IMG/VR virus record: IMGVR_UViG_3300032301_000472
Location: 1 to 41,048 of that record
Strand: one strand, 5' to 3'
Source of the DNA: a virus
Taxonomy: Duplodnaviria; Caudoviricetes
Length of the DNA stretch: 41,048 bases
Both the position numbers and the translations under genes were made by a program. The notes beneath the pieces were generated by a model, which was not told the DNA's origin, searched no databases, and was given only the letters and a program-made list of their open reading frames with translations. Position 1 is the stretch's first letter, and every line of letters starts with the position of its first letter. This document shows, piece after piece, positions 34,048 to 41,048 of this stretch.

Positions 34048-34210
34048 TCTCCAATGATAAATAGACGCCTAAGGCAGCGCTTACGCGCTGTTCTGACGTG
34101 AGTAGGGGTAAGATACCAGACCATGTGGAAACGATGCTCTCCGTGGCTCCTAGAGCCCTCTGGAGCGATTCCAGTTCGGCTTCTAGGGAGCCGAGGTCAC
34201 CCTTCTTCAT
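33986..34210 (-). CDS. Hypothetical protein
   Basis: ORF overlapping neighbours in the leftward block. Confidence 0.45.
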   Translation of the reverse strand: MKKGDLGSLEAELESLQRALGATESIVSTWSGILPLLTSEQRVSAALGVYLSLEIVRERRRGQGSIQGGGSQGR

Positions 34211-34553
34211 TCAGGTCAACCTGCAAGGAAGACCACTTGTTGTCGATCAGGCTGAGGAGGATCAGCGCGTAGTTGGCTGAGTCAATGAGGGCGTCCCGCA
34301 CTGACGCGTGCTGGAGTTCGGCAAGGGACGCGTCAGAAAGGATGACGCGCCCCTTGACCACTTCGCCGTTGAGAGCCTTCTTGACGCGGCTCATCTTGTC
34401 GTCGCTCATGCGGGAGAACACACCAGGAACGCCCAGGGACTCAATGTTGGCTGGACCATACTGGCGCTGGCGCTGGACGAGGATGCCCTTCGCCTCGTCG
34501 TACAGGGTGCTGAAGTACTCTTCAAAGTCTTCAATCTTCTGTGTGTTCTTCAT
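34197..34553 (-). CDS. Nucleotide-modification-associated domain protein (DUF1599-like)
   Basis: 'RQRQYGPANI...RMSDDKMSR...SVRDALIDSANYALI'. Confidence 0.7.
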   Translation of the reverse strand: MKNTQKIEDFEEYFSTLYDEAKGILVQRQRQYGPANIESLGVPGVFSRMSDDKMSRVKKALNGEVVKGRVILSDASLAELQHASVRDALIDSANYALILLSLIDNKWSSLQVDLNEEG

Positions 34554-34731
34554 AGATCCTCTCCATCCATCTAGCCTTTGATTCGGTCAGTATAAAGGAC
34601 GCGACCGCGACGCGTCGGCGGCAGTTCAGGCACTGGTAGAGCCTGATGCTGTACTCCCGAAGCCGTCGCGGCTGCTTCCGCTGAGGCTTGAGATCGCCAC
34701 GACACTGGTGGCACTCAAGCCCGATGTTCAC
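34531..34731 (-). CDS. Zn-ribbon protein
   Basis: 'CHQC...CLNC'. Confidence 0.6.
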   Translation of the reverse strand: MNIGLECHQCRGDLKPQRKQPRRLREYSIRLYQCLNCRRRVAVASFILTESKARWMERIYEEHTED

Positions 34732-34931
34732 TTCTTGCGATCCGCCGCAAGGACAGTGACGAGGAAGGCGCCGATTGCGCCAAACGGGAACGCTGCCAGC
34801 GAGGCAAGCGCTGCCGCCGCGCCGTACAGGATAACCGTGCGGACGTTCGGGCTGTTCACTGGAGCAGACACGAACTCACGGATCTTAACTACTGGCTCGT
34901 ACTCTACCTTTTCCAACGGTTCAGTCGCCAA
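34728..34931 (-). CDS. Small membrane protein
   Basis: GGAGG RBS, TTG start, hydrophobic C-terminal half. Confidence 0.6.
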   Translation of the reverse strand: MATEPLEKVEYEPVVKIREFVSAPVNSPNVRTVILYGAAAALASLAAFPFGAIGAFLVTVLAADRKK

Positions 34932-35100
34932 GGGAAACCTCCTTCAAAATTGCATTGGCAGCAGATGCTGCAATTGTGTGCGCCACCTTCGGATCGTTCA
35001 CCGTTGAGGAGATCGCCTCTAGGACATGCGCATAGATCTGGAGCCACGTCTGGGCGCCAAGTAGTGGTGCGGGCTTACGCTTTGCCCCTGGGATGCTCAT
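34921..35100 (-). CDS. 59 aa hypothetical protein
   Basis: MSIPGAKRKPAPLLGAQTWLQIY...; ATGA overlap with rmlC; not in the ORF track. Confidence 0.55.
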   Translation of the reverse strand: MSIPGAKRKPAPLLGAQTWLQIYAHVLEAISSTVNDPKVAHTIAASAANAILKEVSLGD

Positions 35101-35633
35101 TCCTGTTCCGCCGCAATCTGGTCGCCAGCACGCTTCCAGTTGGCGATGGTCTCCAAGCCTCCCTTGATGTCGAGCGACTTCTGATCCTTCTCGCTGATGA
35201 TGAGGTTCAGTCGGCTCTTCTCAATGATCTCCTGGATCTTTGGCAAACCAAGGTACGAGATCGCAATCTCGTGCTCTGGTCGGTAGACGTCGGTCGTTGC
35301 ATAGACAATGGTGCAGTCGGTCTTCGCGAGGAAGCCGCGACCCCACCACCACGGTGCGTAGAAGACCTTGCCATCACCAGCCTTGACGTCCTCGGCAATG
35401 ACCTGACCGAACAACGCCGAAGATGGGTCAAGGTTGACCGCAAAAATCGTAGCCTCGCCAGAGGCAACCCACATGGCCTTGTCCATCAAGCGCTGGGCGT
35501 GGATGCCACGGAACGTGCCGCCGATGGACCAACTCATGTTGATCTGTCGGGACTCGTAGTCCTTGAGCACCTCGCTGAAGAACCCTCGGGTATCGGTAAA
35601 TACAGAACTTTTGATAATCTGAGGCTCACTCAT
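35097..35633 (-). CDS. rmlC: dTDP-4-dehydrorhamnose 3,5-epimerase (RmlC-like)
   Basis: 'FTDTRGFFSE', 'QINMSWS', 'GTFRGIHAQ', 'ISEKD'; probable start MSEP. Confidence 0.85.
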   Translation of the reverse strand: MSEPQIIKSSVFTDTRGFFSEVLKDYESRQINMSWSIGGTFRGIHAQRLMDKAMWVASGEATIFAVNLDPSSALFGQVIAEDVKAGDGKVFYAPWWWGRGFLAKTDCTIVYATTDVYRPEHEIAISYLGLPKIQEIIEKSRLNLIISEKDQKSLDIKGGLETIANWKRAGDQIAAEQE

Positions 35634-36030
35634 TTTCTTTATCCTTTCCATACCATGAGATGAAGTCGTCAAAATCAATGACCACTAGCGCTCGGCGCTT
35701 GGCGCCAGCACCTGGAGAATCCCCGACCACTAGGATGCCCAACTGATCCGCCTTGGGGTTCAACTCCCGAAGCCACTTGTCAAGGCGCTCTGGATACGAC
35801 AGTCCGACCTTGCACTGAATCACGAAGTGCCCAGCCTCGACGTCGTTCTTGCCGCCGTACATGCCAGTGCGCTTGCCGTTCAGCCGAGCAGCGACCTCGC
35901 GCTCAAAGGCATTGCCGCGCTGACGGGCACGCTTGCCACGAAGAGATCGATGCTTTTCATACGCTTCTAGCATTTTCTTTTCTCGGTCCTGATTGGCCTC
36001 GTCAATGGCCAGGTCTTTCATCTTACCCAC
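35626..36030 (-). CDS. PD-(D/E)xK Holliday junction resolvase-like protein
   Basis: 'RQRGNAFEREVA...DV...IQCK'. Confidence 0.75.
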   Translation of the reverse strand: MGKMKDLAIDEANQDREKKMLEAYEKHRSLRGKRARQRGNAFEREVAARLNGKRTGMYGGKNDVEAGHFVIQCKVGLSYPERLDKWLRELNPKADQLGILVVGDSPGAGAKRRALVVIDFDDFISWYGKDKENE

Positions 36031-36343
36031 GGAGTAACCTCGCCGTCTGTGCTCTACGACCGTCGCCTAGGTTGACCTTCTCGCCCAACTCAATGGCTCC
36101 AGCCTCAAGCAACTGCTTGTTGAGAACCCTGTTCTCAATGGTCTCTCGAAGGAAGAACCAGCCCTCTGGGGCTTTGATTCCTTCGTCAAGGTAGCGTCGC
36201 GAAAGGAACGCCCAGACCCGAAACATCTTGGTGTCGGCTGCCCAGCAGACGTCGCCGCGCTGGATCAGTTCCAAGTTGTCGTCAAGGAAGCGTCCGTCGA
36301 TTCTTACTTCTGGTTCAGATTCATGCACTTGCGGTGTTTCCAT
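36023..36343 (-). CDS. Hypothetical protein (start uncertain)
   Basis: ORF coupled to the resolvase gene. Confidence 0.5.
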   Translation of the reverse strand: METPQVHESEPEVRIDGRFLDDNLELIQRGDVCWAADTKMFRVWAFLSRRYLDEGIKAPEGWFFLRETIENRVLNKQLLEAGAIELGEKVNLGDGRRAQTARLLRG

Positions 36344-36504
36344 GACCAACGTGTCCTCCGTACTCCAAGGTCGATAACGCGCACATGGTACGCGTCCGCC
36401 AGTTTGCCGATGATCTCGTTGCATGAATCGCAGGGCACTGGTAAAAAGACTGGATCAATCTTCTTACCACTACCCTTCGTCTTCACTCCTGCCATTAGCG
36501 CCAC
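36304..36504 (-). CDS. Small Zn-binding protein
   Basis: 'CDSC...HRKC'. Confidence 0.55.
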   Translation of the reverse strand: MALMAGVKTKGSGKKIDPVFLPVPCDSCNEIIGKLADAYHVRVIDLGVRRTRWSWKHRKCMNLNQK

Positions 36505-36725
36505 ATCTCCGTCATGACCGAATTGGATGCGCGGTTCTCGTATAGTCGGATGGCAGCGGAGTTCGAAGGGGAAGCAACAAACTCAGCCACCATCCGACAG
36601 AGGTCCCTCGGGCTTGTCGGGCAGAACGCACACCCTTCGCCATGCCCAGCCGAGGTCTTGAATGTCGAGATGCGTGCGAGGGCACACGTAGCAGCAGCCA
36701 CGGCGTCCTCAGGTGTTTTAATCAC
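36495..36725 (-). CDS. Hypothetical Cys-containing protein
   Basis: 'H..GCAFC'; overlaps neighbours. Confidence 0.55.
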   Translation of the reverse strand: MIKTPEDAVAAATCALARISTFKTSAGHGEGCAFCPTSPRDLCRMVAEFVASPSNSAAIRLYENRASNSVMTEMWR

Positions 36726-37131
36726 CGAGTGGCGTCCAGATCAACGGGCTTGCGTCCCGAACCGTGACGTCCTCGTAGTTCTTGCCCTCGTACTCGCGCT
36801 GGTTGCGTCGCTCGCCTGTAACGTGCAGGTTCGGGCGCTTCTCCGATGAGTTCTTAGCGCGAGCCTCGACGACCTTGTAATAGATCTTGTACAGGTGCTC
36901 CTGCGCCTTCTTGTCAAAGACGGTGAGCGTGACGTACACGTACTTGTTCTCTGGCGCTTCAGGCTTGCCCTCCTTGGGAAGCGCACGCCAGTTGGCGTAC
37001 TCCTCCGTCGAGCGCGAAGCGTAGAACTCGATGGCAGTCGTTCCGCTCTGGAACGTCTTCTCCTTCGGCTCCTTCTTGTCTGAAAGCCAAACGTCGTATG
37101 CTACCTGTGGACCACGAATATTCTCAGCCAT
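36718..37131 (-). CDS. Putative single-stranded DNA-binding (OB-fold) protein
   Basis: 'YVTLTVFDK...LHVTGE...REYEGK' pattern; adjacent to ERF. Confidence 0.5.
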   Translation of the reverse strand: MAENIRGPQVAYDVWLSDKKEPKEKTFQSGTTAIEFYASRSTEEYANWRALPKEGKPEAPENKYVYVTLTVFDKKAQEHLYKIYYKVVEARAKNSSEKRPNLHVTGERRNQREYEGKNYEDVTVRDASPLIWTPLGD

Positions 37132-37649
37132 TAGAAGTCAAACTCCCCTAGGTCGGTGTTCTTCTTTGCGGGAGCGGGAGCGACCTTCTCCTGATCCCCG
37201 AAGATCTTAGCACCTGCGGCAGCGACCTTGTCGGTTGCCGTGTCGCTCTCTGGGTCATCGCCCGTTGGGACGAGGAAGCCCGTGAGCAGCGCGTACTTGA
37301 GGGCGCCAGTCGCCGCCTTGTAGGCAGCCTTGTCACCTGAGTCGGCTCCCGTGCCGATGGACTGGAACGAGATCGTCTCGCCCGACTCGCCGTCGGTCAG
37401 TGTCCATGTAAAGCGCAGCGTCAGCAACGACTGTTTGCCGCTAGGGGTCAGCCCTTCGCTGATGACGTCGATGTTGGTCGGCGTCATCGAGATGCTGAGG
37501 GCAGCCAACTGCTCGCGCACCTTGTCGGCAACGACCGACGCCTGCACGAACTTGTAGCCCTGCGCTGAGTTAGTTCCCGTCTTAGGGACGTAGCCTACCG
37601 CTTCCATGACCTTTGCGATCTTGGCAGCGAGTTTGACTGGGTGCGTCAT
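37131..37649 (-). CDS. erf: ERF-family single-strand annealing protein
   Basis: 'VPKTGTN..QGYKF', 'GADSGDKAAYKAATGALKYAL...GDDPE'. Confidence 0.85.
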   Translation of the reverse strand: MTHPVKLAAKIAKVMEAVGYVPKTGTNSAQGYKFVQASVVADKVREQLAALSISMTPTNIDVISEGLTPSGKQSLLTLRFTWTLTDGESGETISFQSIGTGADSGDKAAYKAATGALKYALLTGFLVPTGDDPESDTATDKVAAAGAKIFGDQEKVAPAPAKKNTDLGEFDF

Positions 37650-38317
37650 CCTCTACACTCCTTTAACCATTGGCAGCCCTTGCAGGGCCACTGCGCCTTC
37701 ATATCTCCCCCACGGGAGGGCAAGCGAGGCGGCTTACGCTTGTCATAATAATTGAGAGCCTTGAGCACACGTACCGCTCGGTCACGCCAACCCCGCTCCA
37801 AAAGGTATTCTACCATCTGGAAGTTATCTGCGCAAACGTAGACCACACGAGCCTCGTGGGGGTCACCAGTCTGCGTCTCAAGGATGTGCGCGTAGATCGA
37901 CGCCTGAATGGCGTGCTCTGGCTTTACGGTCTTGAGGTACTGCATGCCACGGCTGTTGATTGACTTGTACTCCCAGACCTCCTTGATGCCGTCCTTGCGC
38001 TCAACGACCGCGTCCGCGTTTCCTGAGAAGTTGTACTCTTCCCAGATCAGTGGCACCTCTTCGACAAACGACACGAGGTCGCCAGCCAACTCGGCTTCAC
38101 GACCAGCGCGGTTGAGCACCTCGGCGACAACGTGCCCGCGCTCGAAGACGCGGTACAGGCTGTCTGGGAACGGGTTGCTAGACTCTACGCCCTCGGCGCT
38201 GTACCACTGCTGTCGGATGCACGCACCCAGCAGGGAGCCACGCCAACGGCGTGCCGCAGGGCGCCCGACGGCAGCCTTGCGCATGAGGTGGGCATCGAGG
38301 ACCTTCGAGACGCTCAC
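37646..38317 (-). CDS. Cas4-like PD-(D/E)xK exonuclease
   Basis: 'CIRQQWY', 'GHVV', 'SGNADA...WEYKS', 'QASIY', C-terminal 'CKGCQW..C'. Confidence 0.8.
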   Translation of the reverse strand: MSVSKVLDAHLMRKAAVGRPAARRWRGSLLGACIRQQWYSAEGVESSNPFPDSLYRVFERGHVVAEVLNRAGREAELAGDLVSFVEEVPLIWEEYNFSGNADAVVERKDGIKEVWEYKSINSRGMQYLKTVKPEHAIQASIYAHILETQTGDPHEARVVYVCADNFQMVEYLLERGWRDRAVRVLKALNYYDKRKPPRLPSRGGDMKAQWPCKGCQWLKECRG

Positions 38318-39273
38318 GACCACAACTTCTTCTGGTAGAGGTCCGTACGGGTTGGCAGGTTGCCGTTGTATGCGCGTAGACACTTCTCGACCTTCCACAG
38401 GTTCTCTGGGTTATGCGTCGTCTTAAACTCGTTGTCGCGGATCTCGAGGTGGAACTTCACCTTGCTGTTGTCCATGTGGTAGTCTCGTCGGTCGCCGTCG
38501 CCCGTGCCGTACTCGACGCGTGCGTTGAGCGCCTGCCCAATGCGAGCCGCAAGATCGTAGACCGTGATGTTCTCGGAGCAGACGTTCATGATGCCATGCG
38601 CGGATGGGTTTAGGGCAGCCAAGGCAATTGCCAGCCCAGCGTCCTCGACGTTGAGGATCGGGCGGCGGGCATCTGACTTCGGCTTGATCACGCCCATGTG
38701 GATGGCTTCCCAGGCAAACGCATTGACCACGAGGTCGCGGCGCATGTTCGGAGCCTCGCCCCACAGGGTGCCAAGGCGCAGCGATACCCACGGGTGGTTC
38801 TCCTGCTTGAGGAGCCACGAGTCCGTCTGGTACTTGGTGCGAGCGTACGCGGTCAACGGGTTGACTGCGGCTTCCTCGGTCGACGGCTTGTCCCGACCAG
38901 CGCCGTAAACGGATGCCGACGAAATGTAGATGAACTTGCCCGATGGGTTCTCGTGCCAGAAGCGCTTCGCCTGAAGGATCGGCTGCTCGTAGTTCGACCA
39001 CTCCGTGTCGAAGGCGTCGAGTTCTCCGAGGTGGTCGTTGCTGACCGCAGCCAACCAGATGATGACGTCATAGGAACCGAGTGGATCCACGTCAAAGAGC
39101 CGCGAGTTTAGACCATTGCGTTCGCTGTGCGGAATGTGATCAGCGCTGAGACCCAGCATGCTGTCGACGTACCAATCCTCGTCGATGCCGTGGACGGTAA
39201 CGCCCGCCCGCTTGAGATGCTTCACCGCCGCTGGGCCAACGTACCCACGGTGACCGACCACTAGTGCCTTCAT
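38314..39273 (-). CDS. NAD-dependent nucleotide-sugar epimerase/dehydratase (extended SDR)
   Basis: 'GHRGYVG', 'SSASVYG', YxxxK 'YARTK'; start MKAL. Confidence 0.88.
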   Translation of the reverse strand: MKALVVGHRGYVGPAAVKHLKRAGVTVHGIDEDWYVDSMLGLSADHIPHSERNGLNSRLFDVDPLGSYDVIIWLAAVSNDHLGELDAFDTEWSNYEQPILQAKRFWHENPSGKFIYISSASVYGAGRDKPSTEEAAVNPLTAYARTKYQTDSWLLKQENHPWVSLRLGTLWGEAPNMRRDLVVNAFAWEAIHMGVIKPKSDARRPILNVEDAGLAIALAALNPSAHGIMNVCSENITVYDLAARIGQALNARVEYGTGDGDRRDYHMDNSKVKFHLEIRDNEFKTTHNPENLWKVEKCLRAYNGNLPTRTDLYQKKLWS

Positions 39274-40112
39274 CGCTTGATCCTTTCTTCCGCTTTTGTG
39301 CCACGGAAATATTCGTCCATCGCTTCCGTCCAGTGGCGGAGGCGTGGCAATCGCGTATTCTTCAACGCACCGTACGTCGGTCGCGTCTTGTCCCATCGCA
39401 TGGAGCCGACAATCTTCGAATTGTTACGGTTAAGTTTTCGAGCCTGACGGGCAACCTCGACCCACGTCGCTGTTCCCTCATTGACTACATGGTACACCCC
39501 TGTCGCAGCCGCGTCCTCTGCCAAGTCGATGATGACCTTCGCTGCGTCTGGCAGGTAGGAGATCCTAAAGAACTGGTCTGCTGGCAGGTCCAGTTCCTTG
39601 TACGACATGGAAGCGAAGTCTACGAAGTGCGGCTTCATCGGTGACGGGTAGACGCCGAAGGGGCTGCTAATGCGAGCCACGACGCCGCCGCGTGATAGTA
39701 CGACACGCTCGCCTTCCAACTTGGTCTGACCGTAGATGCTGAGGGCACCTCGGCTCTCCGCCTTCTCATCCAGCGTGCGTGACTCCTGGTTCTCGTCAAA
39801 GACGTAGTCTGTGCTGATGTAGATCTGGTTCGTCACTTCACCAATGATCTTGGCTAGGTCGACGTTCGCAATGTACGCGTCGTGTGGGTTCTTATCGCAC
39901 AGCGCAATGTCCCGTAACGCGGCGCAGTTGATCACTTGCTTAATCGCGTGACTACGCAGCAGGTTTGGCAAGGTCTCTGGGGTATAAGAAAACACGCCCG
40001 ACTCCCGCATAGGAGCCGAGCGTGTATAGACGACGTGCGGGATCTCCCGAGCCTTGAGTTCCGCGATAATGTGCTGGGCAACCTGCCCTGTTCCGACGAC
40101 CCCGTAATTCAT
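39270..40112 (-). CDS. rmlD: dTDP-4-dehydrorhamnose reductase (RmlD-like)
   Basis: 'GTGQV', 'INCAA', 'ISTDYVF', 'YGQTKLEGE'. Confidence 0.85.
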   Translation of the reverse strand: MNYGVVGTGQVAQHIIAELKAREIPHVVYTRSAPMRESGVFSYTPETLPNLLRSHAIKQVINCAALRDIALCDKNPHDAYIANVDLAKIIGEVTNQIYISTDYVFDENQESRTLDEKAESRGALSIYGQTKLEGERVVLSRGGVVARISSPFGVYPSPMKPHFVDFASMSYKELDLPADQFFRISYLPDAAKVIIDLAEDAAATGVYHVVNEGTATWVEVARQARKLNRNNSKIVGSMRWDKTRPTYGALKNTRLPRLRHWTEAMDEYFRGTKAEERIKR

Positions 40113-40138
40113 CGACCCTCCCTCTTGCGTGGTTTAGA

Positions 40139-41048
40139 TCACTTTACCACGCTCTTGGGAGAATAGCGAACGCCACGCCAGGCCAACTCGGCGCCCGTCC
40201 ATGATGCGAAGTCAGGCTGCCACTCTCCCGCCTTCTCGCCCCACAGTTCGATGACTGCGAAGCCAGCGGTCCAGCGGCTGACCTGGTGCTGGGCGAGGTA
40301 GCCCAACTCGGTTCGTCGGCACATCATCCCCGTCGAGATTGCCGCCGTGCGCCTCTCTTCAATACCAGCGAAGCCGCCGATGGTTCGGAAGGCAACTCCT
40401 TGCGAGTGGTCGTGTCCGCCGACGACGCTGACACCTGCTGCGTCGACAATTGGAATGATGCTCGCACCGCCGCCAGTACTTCGAGAATATGTGCCATGCG
40501 TTGCGATGAGGTCTGGCGCGATCTGGTAGTACGAGCGGAAGTGTTCTGGTCCTGCATATGCGAGCCCCTCCGAAAGGCATGGCTGGATCTGTAGCGCATC
40601 TAGGCGCAAGAGGTTAGCGAGAGAAAGGATCTCGCGTCCTTCGGCATCCGTCATGCCGACCAACTCTGGGGCACGCTTGGCAATCCACTTGGAGAGCCGC
40701 GCCTCATGGTTCCCGTAAAGGAAGAAGATTTGCGCCTCAGGTCCAGCGGACGCTCGGATTTCTGCAAGGCGTCGGTGAGCGTGGGCGAGTTCCGCCTGAA
40801 CAGGCATTCCGAGGCGCGGGTCCTTGTCGTATGCTGAGACGGCGGTGAGGTCAAGGATGTCGCCCGACAGCACGATGCGATCAGGTCGCTCTGCTGCGAG
40901 GAACGTTAGAAACGACGAGTAGACCTCTGCGTCCTCAAAAGGGAACTGGAAGTCACCCGCGACAACGACCAACTCGTTTGTCGATTCCGTTCGATTTCCA
41001 ATCCTCTGAACATAGTCTAGTTGCACAACGTCCACTGGCTTGATATAC
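40139..41048 (-). CDS. Calcineurin-like metallophosphoesterase (frame open to the window end)
   Basis: 'GDFQFP', 'GDILD', 'GNHE', 'THG', 'GHDH'. Confidence 0.85.
   Translation of the reverse strand, partial: YIKPVDVVQLDYVQRIGNRTESTNELVVVAGDFQFPFEDAEVYSSFLTFLAAERPDRIVLSGDILDLTAVSAYDKDPRLGMPVQAELAHAHRRLAEIRASAGPEAQIFFLYGNHEARLSKWIAKRAPELVGMTDAEGREILSLANLLRLDALQIQPCLSEGLAYAGPEHFRSYYQIAPDLIATHGTYSRSTGGGASIIPIVDAAGVSVVGGHDHSQGVAFRTIGGFAGIEERRTAAISTGMMCRRTELGYLAQHQVSRWTAGFAVIELWGEKAGEWQPDFASWTGAELAWRGVRYSPKSVVK

Noticed and set aside
37646-38317. Cas4 as evidence of a CRISPR-Cas system
   Set aside because: Stand-alone Cas4-like exonuclease next to ERF/SSB is a normal phage recombination module
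1-41048. tRNA genes, integrase, DNA polymerase/primase, reverse transcriptase/DGR, inteins, stop-codon recoding
   Set aside because: None recognised by eye; TerL and DnaB are normal length; long ORFs are intact in the standard code with all three stops used. tRNAscan and HMM searches would be needed to exclude them formally.

Overview
The window looks like a near-complete ~41 kb tailed dsDNA phage genome with no integrase or recognisable repressor. It has three blocks. (1) A leftward late/virion block (25232->1): small basic proteins, HNH, tail fibre, TerS, a C39-peptidase/holin-like fusion, TerL, a portal with a long N-terminal extension, two giant putative ejection proteins, scaffold, N4-gp56-type major capsid, glycosyltransferase and tail proteins. 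(2) A rightward early block (25959->33774) of small ORFs ending in DnaB. (3) A leftward block (41048->33841): metallophosphoesterase, RmlD, NAD-dependent epimerase, Cas4-like nuclease, ERF, SSB-like, Holliday resolvase and RmlC. The most unusual features lie in the non-coding early region. Four complete type II hammerhead ribozymes (27071-28173) precede four consecutive small ORFs. Three start in the upstream stop codon, and the two middle excised monocistronic RNAs could re-form a hammerhead and circularise. A ~200 bp run of back-to-back operator-like palindromes (26378-26573) includes two LexA/SOS boxes and a CIRCE (HrcA) element, and a ~75 bp AT-rich cassette occurs four times. The 2146 aa virion protein appears to carry an HhH-type DNA-glycosylase-like domain and an HEXXH metallopeptidase. 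All calls come from motif reading by eye; no database searches were run.
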